DNA of 37,678 nucleotides from an uncultured bacterium. GTDB lineage: Bacteria > DUMJ01. Shown one piece after another: positions 1 to 7,943 of this stretch (position 1 is its first letter; every line of letters begins with the position of its first letter). The stretch covers positions 1 through 37,678 of the forward strand of contig CAZZLK010000049.1 in the NCBI GenBank assembly GCA_964655195.1, in the 5' to 3' direction. The notes under the pieces were generated by a model, which saw only the letters and a list, made by a program, of their open reading frames with translations, was not told where the DNA came from and ran no database searches. The position numbers and the translations under genes are program-made.

Positions 1-687
1 GTAAATATAGTCGTTGAGACATTGAATGATATCGGAGTAGAGGAGATAATTGTCCTAGACGGCCATGGTGCTAATCAGGCTTATAACCTGGTCTATGAAG
101 AGCTTATTCCGGGGGCAAAGTATATTATGGGTTCTCCATGGCCCAATTATCTTACGATGCTCACATCAAATTTTGATGGCTTGATGCTTATAGGTGCCCA
201 TGCTATGGCAGGGACAAGAGGAGCGGTCCTTGATCATACTATGTCCTCTAGGGCATGGAGATGTGCATATATCAATGATATTCCGGTGGGGGAGATAGGG
301 ATCTCTGCCTTTTATGCGGGCTCTTTGGGTGTCCCTTTAGTTTTCGTCTCCGGGGATGACAAGGCTTGCCTTGAGGCAAAGAATCTGGTAAGTGGAGTAG
401 AGACAGTAATAACCAAATATGGGCTCACAAGGACCTCTGCAGTTATGCTTCCACCAGCTACGGTGGAGGAAAATATAAGATCTGCATTAAAAAGAGCGGT
501 AGAGAGGCACAAAGATATAAAGCCCTTAAAAGTTGACGGACCCGTAAGTTTTAAGATAGAATTTCTCTTGGCGGAGAGTGCCCAGAGATACTGGAATAAA
601 GAGGGAGTTACACTTTTAGACTCTAGGACTGTTGTCTTTACGGGAAAAGATGCAAGGGAGGCTATAGAGAGATGGTATCTAGGATAA
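1..687 (+). CDS. Peptidase M55 (DppA-type D-aminopeptidase) family protein, N-terminus cut by window edge
   Basis: Frame 1 is open from base 1 (VNIVVETLNDIGVEE...), so the ATG at 22 is internal. Blocks LDGHG, LIGAHAMAG and GEIG line up with the metal-ligand blocks of M55 peptidases and with the full-length paralog at 20274-21062. Confidence 0.75.
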   Translation, partial: VNIVVETLNDIGVEEIIVLDGHGANQAYNLVYEELIPGAKYIMGSPWPNYLTMLTSNFDGLMLIGAHAMAGTRGAVLDHTMSSRAWRCAYINDIPVGEIGISAFYAGSLGVPLVFVSGDDKACLEAKNLVSGVETVITKYGLTRTSAVMLPPATVEENIRSALKRAVERHKDIKPLKVDGPVSFKIEFLLAESAQRYWNKEGVTLLDSRTVVFTGKDAREAIERWYLG

Positions 688-1403
688 TGATAGATATAAA
701 CACCTGTTTTGGCTTCTATCCTTACAGAAAGGTCGATGCATCTTTAGAAATCCTGAAAAATATTCTGAAATCCCACCAGGCTAAAGCCCTATCTCTATCT
801 CTAAAAGGTATATTCTACGATGCTACAGAGGGAAATGAGGAGACACTGAGTCTACTCAAAGATGAGACCAATGTATATCCGATAGCCACATATGACCCCA
901 GAGCTTATCCCAAGGGGATAGAGTTTCTGGAAGGACTAAAGTCGAAAGGATTTTTAGGCATAGCATTTTTTCCAAGATTACAGAGCTGGGTCATTGATTT
1001 TGCCCCATTTAGAGAGACCCTTGAGATCTTAAAGAAGGAGAGCATACCAATTATCATTCATACTTCCGGCTATGGAGAGCTTACAAAAATCTCCCTTCTG
1101 GCAAGAGAAATAAAGAGCCCATTTATAATTGCAGGATTCAACTATAGTAACCTCTCAGAAGCTATAGCGGTTATGAAAAAAGTAGAAAATATATACATAG
1201 AATCACACCTATTTAACAGTCCAGATGCGTTGGAGTATCTCAAAAAATATACAGGTACTGACCGTATTGTCTTTGGATCAGGGGCTCCACTACTCTCTTT
1301 TGAGACAGCGCTGGGTGTTATAGAAAAAAGCTATCTTTCAGATGAGGAGAAAGAGGGGATCTTGAGTAGGAATCTTGAAAGGATAATAGGGGTAAAACTA
1401 TGA
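672..1403 (+). CDS. Amidohydrolase-fold paralog lacking the usual metal-ligand residues (possible pseudo-enzyme)
   Basis: 243-aa ORF with GGGAGG about 10 nt upstream of ATG 672. An alternative ATG at 687 overlaps the previous stop as TAATG. It is collinear with the next ORF but has IDINTCFG where that ORF has IDVHCHYG, AGFNYS for MGHTGG, and FGSGAP for FGTDFT. Confidence 0.55.
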   Translation: MVSRIMIDINTCFGFYPYRKVDASLEILKNILKSHQAKALSLSLKGIFYDATEGNEETLSLLKDETNVYPIATYDPRAYPKGIEFLEGLKSKGFLGIAFFPRLQSWVIDFAPFRETLEILKKESIPIIIHTSGYGELTKISLLAREIKSPFIIAGFNYSNLSEAIAVMKKVENIYIESHLFNSPDALEYLKKYTGTDRIVFGSGAPLLSFETALGVIEKSYLSDEEKEGILSRNLERIIGVKL

Positions 1404-2137
1404 TTATAGATGTTCACTGTCATTATGGTGCCTGGCCATTTGCAATGGATAACTTCGGGGTAGATCAGATTAAGGAATATTTAGACAGGTTCAATGTCAC
1501 AAAGGCTATATTTTCCTCTTCTAAAGCTATAGTATATGACTTTAGAGAGGGAAATAGAGAGCTTGTAGAGTTCTTAGAGAAGGATGAGCGATTTTATGGA
1601 TATCTGGTTCTAAATCCAAACTATCTGGAAGAATCCATAGAAGAGGTAGATAGATATCTTGATAACAAAAAGATTGTCGGCATAAAGCTTCATCCAGCTT
1701 ACTCAAAGGTTAATCTGGAAGATGAGAGGACGATAGAGATCATCGAACATTTTTCGAAGAGTAACCTCATATATCTTATCCATATATGGGGTGTATCTAT
1801 GGCTACCCAACTTGCCAGAGTAGCAAGGCAATTCCCCGATGTAAGATTTATTATGGGACATACCGGTGGGGATGTATGGTTCGATTGTCTGGATATAGTA
1901 AAGCCATATCCAAACATATATGTTGAGCCCTGCTCAAGCTATGCAGATAGAGATAAAGTCAGGATGAGTATAGATACCGTAGGCCTAGATCGGGTGCTAT
2001 TTGGCACAGATTTTACACTGATAAATCCTGTCTTTGTCATCGGAATGGTAGAGAGCAGTGGGCTTACAGAAGAGGAAAAATCTCATATCTATTATAAAAA
2101 TTCGATAAAACTCTTAAAAGGAGGTAAAGATGCCTAA
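1400..2137 (+). CDS. Amidohydrolase family protein (Amidohydro_2-type TIM-barrel metal-dependent hydrolase)
   Basis: ATGA start/stop overlap with the upstream gene. N-terminal DVHCHYG (HxH), MGHTGG and LFGTDF motifs are typical of this superfamily. Confidence 0.7.
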   Translation: MIIDVHCHYGAWPFAMDNFGVDQIKEYLDRFNVTKAIFSSSKAIVYDFREGNRELVEFLEKDERFYGYLVLNPNYLEESIEEVDRYLDNKKIVGIKLHPAYSKVNLEDERTIEIIEHFSKSNLIYLIHIWGVSMATQLARVARQFPDVRFIMGHTGGDVWFDCLDIVKPYPNIYVEPCSSYADRDKVRMSIDTVGLDRVLFGTDFTLINPVFVIGMVESSGLTEEEKSHIYYKNSIKLLKGGKDA

Positions 2138-2963
2138 GATAGGAGCATTGGGTTTATCGATGGGAAGATATACGTTTGAGGAATTTCTCGAGTATGCCAG
2201 TTCTACTGGCTTTGAAGGCATAGAGATCTCCACATCACCCGGGGTTCATAAGAATAGTCTTCCATTAGTTCCTGAAAATGTACCGAGGATAAAGGAACTA
2301 CTGAAAAAGTATAATCTAGAACCATTTGCAGTCTCCGGTTATAATGACTTTGTTCAGAAAGACACTGAAGAATTAACCAGACAGATAGAAAAGTTAGAAA
2401 ATACCTGTAGACTAGCCAGGGAGGTCTCTGCCAAGGTCGTCAGGGCTTTTGGTGGTGAGCCAAAAGAAGGGATAAATAGGAAGGATGCGATAAAACTTAT
2501 AATAGAGGGTTTCAGGGAGATGGTAAAGAGGGCAGAGAAGCTAGGAATAATACTGGGATTGGAGAACCATGGAGATCTTACAAATGATGCCAGAGTAGAG
2601 CTAGAGATACTGGAAGGGGTAGGGTCAGAATACTTAAGGCTCACGGTAGATACTTCAAACTACTACTGGTATGGAAATAACCTAAAAGACATAGAAGAAT
2701 TCTTCAGACTGGTTGCTCCTTATACTGTTCATACCCATCTAAAAGATGGAAGCGCGAAGAACGGTATCAAGGATAAGTATCTCTCACTGGCACTTGGAGA
2801 AGGGGAGATAAACCTGAGGTTATTCCTAGAAGAACTCAAGAAGAATGGATATAAGAACCCCCTATGTATAGAGTACGAGGGGGTTGAGGACCCTAAGATT
2901 GGTCTCAAGAAAGGTCTGGATTGGTTAAGAAATACATTAAAAGAGATTGGATGGGAGGATTAA
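2130..2963 (+). CDS. Sugar phosphate isomerase/epimerase (xylose isomerase-like TIM barrel)
   Basis: AGGAGG 5 nt upstream of the ATG and an 8-nt overlap with the previous gene. Blocks RAFGG, LGLENHG, HTHLKD and IEYEG are typical of the xylose isomerase-like / AP endonuclease 2 TIM-barrel superfamily. Confidence 0.7.
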   Translation: MPKIGALGLSMGRYTFEEFLEYASSTGFEGIEISTSPGVHKNSLPLVPENVPRIKELLKKYNLEPFAVSGYNDFVQKDTEELTRQIEKLENTCRLAREVSAKVVRAFGGEPKEGINRKDAIKLIIEGFREMVKRAEKLGIILGLENHGDLTNDARVELEILEGVGSEYLRLTVDTSNYYWYGNNLKDIEEFFRLVAPYTVHTHLKDGSAKNGIKDKYLSLALGEGEINLRLFLEELKKNGYKNPLCIEYEGVEDPKIGLKKGLDWLRNTLKEIGWED

Positions 2964-2966
2964 ATT

Positions 2967-4169
2967 ATGAAACTTGCTGTTAAAGGTGGAAATCCTGTAA
3001 GAACTAAGCCATTTACAAGATGGCCTATTTTCGATGAGAGAGAAGAAAAGGCATTGATAGAAGTCCTCAGAAGTGGTCACTGGGGTAGAATTACAGGCAA
3101 GAAGAATGAGGAATTTGAGGAGAAATTCAGCAAGTTCGTAGGTGCAAATTATGGTGTTACCTGTGTAAATGGAACGGCAGCACTGGAGATAGCCTTAAGG
3201 GCTATGAATATAGGGAAAGGGGATGAAGTCATAGTCCCTGCCTATACATTTATAGCTACTGCCAGTGCCTGCATACTGGTTGGTGCTGATCCTGTGTTTG
3301 TAGACATAGACCCCAACACTTACAACATAGATCCAAAACAGATAGAGCAGGCTATAACCACAAAGACAAAGGCGATTATTGCTGTCCATATAGGTGGCTG
3401 TCCAGCAAATATGGATGAGATAATGAGGATAGCAAAAAAGTATAACCTCCTTGTTATAGAGGATGCAGCACAGGCTCATGGAGCAGAATGGAGAGGCAAG
3501 AAGGTTGGTTCTATTGGGGATATGGCATCTTTCAGTTTTCAGGCTTCAAAGAATATAAATGCTGGCGAAGGTGGAATAATAACTACAAATAATAAGAAGT
3601 TTGCTGATATGGCATGGTCTCTTATGAATGTAGGTAGGGTAAAAGAGGGTGGATGGTATGATCATCCTATACTTGGCTGGAACTATAGAATGACAGAGTT
3701 TCAGGCAGCAATACTGCTTGTTCAGATGGAAAGAATAGAGGAACAGATGAAAAAGAGGGAGGAAAATGCCAGGTATCTCGCAGAAGGTCTGAAGAAGATA
3801 GGTGGGGTCGAACCGCTTGTTCCAGATGCAGGAGTCACAAGGCATGCATATCACCTCTTTATATTCAGATACAATAAAGAGGAATTTAATGGGATAAAGA
3901 GAGAGACTTTTCTAAAGGCACTAAACGCCGAAGGGATCCCGGCAAGCCCAGGATATGTTCCTCTATACAAGTTCCCCGCTATTCTTGATTGGCCTTATAA
4001 ACAGAGGGACTATAGAGATGTTTATCTCCCTGTAACTGAAAAAGCCTGCTTCGAAGAGGGCATATGGCTGTCCCAGAATATCTTACTTGGACCAAAGGAA
4101 GATATGGATGATATACTTACTGCAATATCCAAGATAAAGGAAAATGTAGATGAATTAAGAGAGGTGTAG
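2967..4169 (+). CDS. DegT/DnrJ/EryC1/StrS family PLP-dependent aminotransferase
   Basis: 400 aa with GGGAGG upstream. Family blocks are GVTCVNGTAALEIAL, DEVIVPAYTFIATA, IEDAAQAHGA and the PLP-lysine block SFSFQASKNINAGEGG. Confidence 0.85.
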   Translation: MKLAVKGGNPVRTKPFTRWPIFDEREEKALIEVLRSGHWGRITGKKNEEFEEKFSKFVGANYGVTCVNGTAALEIALRAMNIGKGDEVIVPAYTFIATASACILVGADPVFVDIDPNTYNIDPKQIEQAITTKTKAIIAVHIGGCPANMDEIMRIAKKYNLLVIEDAAQAHGAEWRGKKVGSIGDMASFSFQASKNINAGEGGIITTNNKKFADMAWSLMNVGRVKEGGWYDHPILGWNYRMTEFQAAILLVQMERIEEQMKKREENARYLAEGLKKIGGVEPLVPDAGVTRHAYHLFIFRYNKEEFNGIKRETFLKALNAEGIPASPGYVPLYKFPAILDWPYKQRDYRDVYLPVTEKACFEEGIWLSQNILLGPKEDMDDILTAISKIKENVDELREV

Positions 4170-4170
4170 C

Positions 4171-5313
4171 ATAAAGAACGAGATCTTATATTTCCTTATA
4201 GGTGGGCTCCTCTTCCTTGGATCAGGAGCCACACAGCCTTATATAGTTCCATATCTTAGGGGTCTGGGATATCCATCAGTTATTGCCAGTCTGGTAATAG
4301 CAGTTATCTACATATCCCAGATCCCTTCAAGATTTCTCATACACAGGCTGGAAAATCTTCTGGGCCAGATCTCTGTTGTCTATATTGGTATTGGGGGATA
4401 TACCATCTATGCCCTTATCTTTGCGATCGGTAATAAATTATGGCACTTTTTCCTGGCAACAACCGTCCTTGGTTTTTCCTCAGCTCTCTTCTGGACCTCT
4501 GGAGTTGTGTTACTCCTGAATAATACCACTACAGAAAGGTATGGAAGAGCAGTAGGAGCCCTATACGCTGGCGTGGGTTTCGGTACTGCTATAGGGGTCC
4601 TATGGCTCAATAGAGTTCTGGCAATTTCCGGAGGGAAAGTTATGTTCTCTCTAGCAGGAATTCCCCCAGTTATAGCACTTTTACTCTTATCCAAGGTAAG
4701 ATTTGAAAATATAGTCGTATCAAGATCGGTATCTTTAAGGTCTTTAAAAGAGATAGCGACAAAGGAGACCTTTATGGTAAGTATACTTCTATTCATTAGC
4801 TCATTCTCGTATGGAATAGTTTACAGTGGGTTCAGCATCCTTATAAGTAGAGAGATAGGCCTGGCATGGATAGGAGCACTTTCCATATCTTTTTACCTGT
4901 TAAAATCTATCTTCAGTAAGATTGGAGGAGGTATCTCCGACTTATTTGGAAGAAGATTCTCCTTTGTTATAAGTTTCATCTCTGGAACTCTAGCCAGCCT
5001 TATGTTAGGATTAGCCAGGTCTCCCATAGCTTTTATCATCTCTGGTGCACTTCTCGGTTTTCAGGTGTCAACGGTATCTGTAAATGCCAATGCATGGATA
5101 GCAGATATGGCAGGTTTAAGGGATAGATCGAATTATATGGCAATCATCTTTACATTCAACGCATTGGGAGTAGCTATATCCCTTCTAGCCAGCGGGTATC
5201 TCCTGGCTACTCCTGAGAGAACTTTTGGTGCATTCATCTCATTTGCATTTCTAAATATCATTGCAGTAATAATATCATTTTTCACCAGTAGGAGGGAAAC
5301 TTCATATGCTTAA
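4171..5313 (+). CDS. MFS transporter; start codon uncertain (no ATG/GTG/TTG in the first ~116 codons of the open frame)
   Basis: Frame 1 is open from 4159 to 5313. The stretch 4171-4506 encodes clear transmembrane helices (KNEILYFLIGGLLFLGSGATQPYIVPYLRGLGYPSVIASLVIAVIYISQ...) continuous with the tracked 4507-5313 ORF. GAGAGGTG (4159-4166) precedes an ATA codon at 4171. Confidence 0.65.
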   Translation: MKNEILYFLIGGLLFLGSGATQPYIVPYLRGLGYPSVIASLVIAVIYISQIPSRFLIHRLENLLGQISVVYIGIGGYTIYALIFAIGNKLWHFFLATTVLGFSSALFWTSGVVLLLNNTTTERYGRAVGALYAGVGFGTAIGVLWLNRVLAISGGKVMFSLAGIPPVIALLLLSKVRFENIVVSRSVSLRSLKEIATKETFMVSILLFISSFSYGIVYSGFSILISREIGLAWIGALSISFYLLKSIFSKIGGGISDLFGRRFSFVISFISGTLASLMLGLARSPIAFIISGALLGFQVSTVSVNANAWIADMAGLRDRSNYMAIIFTFNALGVAISLLASGYLLATPERTFGAFISFAFLNIIAVIISFFTSRRETSYA

Positions 5314-6253
5314 CATAGGTGTAATTGGCTATGGATTTATCGGTAAGGTCCATGCCCAGAACTATATTAATAACCCAAATGTAAATAGGGTCGTAATAGC
5401 TGATCCTCTGGAGACAAATAGAAATCTAGCGGAAAAGATAGGTCTTAAAACATATGAGAGCTTTGAGGATATGCTTAACTCGGAAAGAATAAATGCTGTA
5501 AGTATATGTACCCCACATCATACCCACAGAGATATAGCATTGAGGATTATGGATTATAAGATTCCAATACTACTGGAAAAACCTGTAGCTACCAGCAGGG
5601 AAGAGATAGAAGAACTCATAGAGAAGGCAGAGAGGTTAAACATCAAGGTTATGGTAGCCCATTCATTAAGATTCAGCGATACATTTGGGCTGGCAAAGAA
5701 GGTGATAGAGGATGGAGAGATAGGGGATATCATATTTATCATAGGAAAATACCTTGCCTTCAAGGATTATAACCAGTATCCAAAATGGAAGACATCAAAA
5801 AGAGAAGCCTGGGGAGGTACCCTCTTTAGGGATGGTATCCATATCGTAGATGCGATACTTTGGATTTCTGGTAAAAAGGTAATATCTGCAAATGGAACCC
5901 CTCTTAATTTACTCTTCGATACAGAGGTCGAGGATACATTTCTGGGGACTATCAGTTTTCAGGATGGCAGTATCGCTCAATTATCTATGAGTAGTGTAAC
6001 CAGAGGATTCGAGCAGATAGGATTAGAACTTTATGGAACAAAAGGTTCTCTAAAGGTCAATAATGAAGAGCTTATCATCTATAAAGAGGATGGGGTACCC
6101 AAATACATAAAGCCAGCTATAGGACCTTCGGATTTTTGGAAGAATCAGATAGACCACTTTATCGACTGTATCATAAACGATAAAGAGCCATTAGTAACAC
6201 TTAAAGAAGCAGAAAAGACTATGGAGACGATATTTATGCTCTATAATAAATAG
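5306..6253 (+). CDS. Gfo/Idh/MocA family NAD(P)-dependent oxidoreductase
   Basis: AGGAGGG upstream. N-terminal Rossmann block IGVIGYGFIGKVHA and the family EKP motif (LLEKPVA). 315 aa. Confidence 0.85.
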   Translation: MLNIGVIGYGFIGKVHAQNYINNPNVNRVVIADPLETNRNLAEKIGLKTYESFEDMLNSERINAVSICTPHHTHRDIALRIMDYKIPILLEKPVATSREEIEELIEKAERLNIKVMVAHSLRFSDTFGLAKKVIEDGEIGDIIFIIGKYLAFKDYNQYPKWKTSKREAWGGTLFRDGIHIVDAILWISGKKVISANGTPLNLLFDTEVEDTFLGTISFQDGSIAQLSMSSVTRGFEQIGLELYGTKGSLKVNNEELIIYKEDGVPKYIKPAIGPSDFWKNQIDHFIDCIINDKEPLVTLKEAEKTMETIFMLYNK

Positions 6254-6269
6254 CTTCTATAAACTGCAT

Positions 6270-6299
6270 TTGCTTTTCATACAGCCTTTATGATAAAAT
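6270..6299 (+). promoter_or_regulatory. Putative promoter of parA-parB (TTGCTT, 18 nt, extended -10 TGATAAAAT)
   Basis: TTGCTT at 6270-6275 and TG-A-TAAAAT at 6291-6299, in the only intergenic space upstream of parA. Confidence 0.45.
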
Positions 6300-6332
6300 C
6301 TTCTAAGGTTATAGAAAATACCTTTTAAATTA

Positions 6333-6348
6333 TGTTTCACGTGAAACA
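6333..6348. other. parS: parS centromere-like site (TGTTTCACGTGAAACA)
   Basis: Perfect 16-bp palindrome identical to the chromosomal parS consensus TGTTNCACGTGAAACA. It extends to 18 bp (ATGTTTCACGTGAAACAT, 6332-6349) and lies 10 nt upstream of the parA ATG. Confidence 0.85.
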
Positions 6349-6357
6349 TAGGAGATT

Positions 6358-7131
6358 ATGGGAAGGATAATTGCAGTAGCAAACCAGAAAGGCGGAGTAG
6401 GAAAGACCACCACAGTAATAAATTTGGGTTTTGCCCTTTCCGAGTTAGGGAAGAGGGTACTCCTGGTTGATGCTGATCCCCAGGGGAATACAACCAGTGG
6501 AGTAAAGAGAGAAAGGAATATAAAGCCAAGTTTATATGAAGCCTTAATCTATGATGTACCTGTGAGAGATATTATATATCCTCTCAAAGATGGTAATAAT
6601 TCCATAAGAGAAAATATAGATCTTATCCCTTCAAATCTGGATCTCGCAGGAGCAGAAGTAGAGCTAGTATCAGCCTTTTTAAGAGAGTTAAGATTAAAGA
6701 ATGTATTGAATCCCATAGCGGATGATTATGATTATATCCTTATAGATTGTCCCCCATCCCTTGGCTTATTAACTATAAATGCTCTTTCTGCCTCACAGTA
6801 CGTTCTGATTCCTCTCCAGTGTGAATACTATGCGTTAGAAGGGATATCTCAGCTATTAAGGACTATAGAACTCATTAAGAAAGGGCTGAATCCTACTCTA
6901 GAGATCCTAGGAGTACTCCTAACTATGTATAACAGAACCATCTTGGCTCAGCAGGTACTAGAAGAGGCAAAGAAGTTCTTCAAGGATAAGGTATTTAATA
7001 CAATAATCCCAAGGAATGTAAGGTTAAGTGAAGCCCCAAGTTTCTCTCAATCTATCTTTGAGTATGCAAGTAACTCCTCTGGAGCCATTGCCTACAAAGA
7101 GCTTGCCAGGGAGCTAGTACAGAATGAATAG
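6358..7131 (+). CDS. parA: Chromosome partitioning ATPase ParA/Soj
   Basis: AGGAGA upstream. Deviant Walker A block AVANQKGGVGKTTT, plus DCPPSLG. 257 aa, directly followed by parB. Confidence 0.93.
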   Translation: MGRIIAVANQKGGVGKTTTVINLGFALSELGKRVLLVDADPQGNTTSGVKRERNIKPSLYEALIYDVPVRDIIYPLKDGNNSIRENIDLIPSNLDLAGAEVELVSAFLRELRLKNVLNPIADDYDYILIDCPPSLGLLTINALSASQYVLIPLQCEYYALEGISQLLRTIELIKKGLNPTLEILGVLLTMYNRTILAQQVLEEAKKFFKDKVFNTIIPRNVRLSEAPSFSQSIFEYASNSSGAIAYKELARELVQNE

Positions 7132-7936
7132 TATGAAGAGATTGGGTAGAGGTCTATCAGCTCTTATACCGTCTGAGGAAAAGAGTTTTGTTCAGGAGAT
7201 AAACATAGAAGATATTGTCATCAATCCGGAACAACCAAGGGAATCGATAGATGAAGAAAGTATCAGAGAATTAGCAGAATCGATAAAAAAGAAGGGTATA
7301 CTTCAGCCAATACTGTTAAGACAGAAGGGAGACAAATATGAGATAGTAGCTGGAGAGAGAAGATACCAATCTGCAAAGTTAATCGGAATAAATAAGATCC
7401 CAGCGATAATAATAGAGGCAGATGACCAGGAAGCCTATGAGATATCACTGATAGAAAATATCCAGAGAGAAGACCTGAATCCCATAGAAAAGGCAAAGGC
7501 TTTTAGAAATTATATAGAAAGATATAAGATGACCCACGAGGAATTAGCAGAAAGGCTTGGCATCAGTCGATCAGAGATAACCAATCTTTTAAGACTTCTT
7601 CAATTACCTGTCGAAATCCAAGAGGAGTTAAAGAGGGGTAATCTAACATACGGGCATGCTAGAGCCCTTTTAAGTCTGGAAGATAAGGACATACAAAAGA
7701 GATTGGCAAAGAAAATTATAAAGGAGAAACTCTCCGTCAGGGATACTGAGGAGCTGGTAAGGAGAACCACCCACAGGGTCGAAATACCAGAGATAAAGGT
7801 GCTTGAAGAGAGATTGCAGAATTATTTAGAAACTAAAGTAAAGATACAGCCTAAAGCTCCAGACAGAGGTAAAATTACTATTGAGTATAAGAGTCTAGAA
7901 GAATTGGAAAAGATTGTGGAAAAATTCCTGTCTTAA
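7124..7936 (+). CDS. parB: Chromosome partitioning protein ParB/Spo0J
   Basis: N-terminal KRLGRGLSALI, the ParB-box/CTP-binding block IVAGERRYQSAKL, and the HTH block HEELAERLGISRSEITNLLRLL. Overlaps the parA stop by 8 nt. Confidence 0.92.
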   Translation: MNSMKRLGRGLSALIPSEEKSFVQEINIEDIVINPEQPRESIDEESIRELAESIKKKGILQPILLRQKGDKYEIVAGERRYQSAKLIGINKIPAIIIEADDQEAYEISLIENIQREDLNPIEKAKAFRNYIERYKMTHEELAERLGISRSEITNLLRLLQLPVEIQEELKRGNLTYGHARALLSLEDKDIQKRLAKKIIKEKLSVRDTEELVRRTTHRVEIPEIKVLEERLQNYLETKVKIQPKAPDRGKITIEYKSLEELEKIVEKFLS

Positions 7937-7943
7937 TAAATGC

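Noticed and set aside
4407-4796. 129-aa minus-strand ORF opposite the MFS gene. Similar antisense ORFs occur at 312-512, 1699-1917, 2354-2644, 3195-3854, 5554-5763 and 7263-7496.
   Set aside because: Each lies entirely inside a well-supported gene on the other strand. They have no SD and low-complexity or odd composition. They are shadow ORFs typical of AT-rich coding DNA.
6254-6357. Possible oriC next to parAB.
   Set aside because: I found no cluster of DnaA boxes (TTATCCACA-like) and no AT-rich unwinding repeats in this 104-nt spacer or elsewhere in the window. No dnaA or dnaN genes are present. parS alone does not define the origin.
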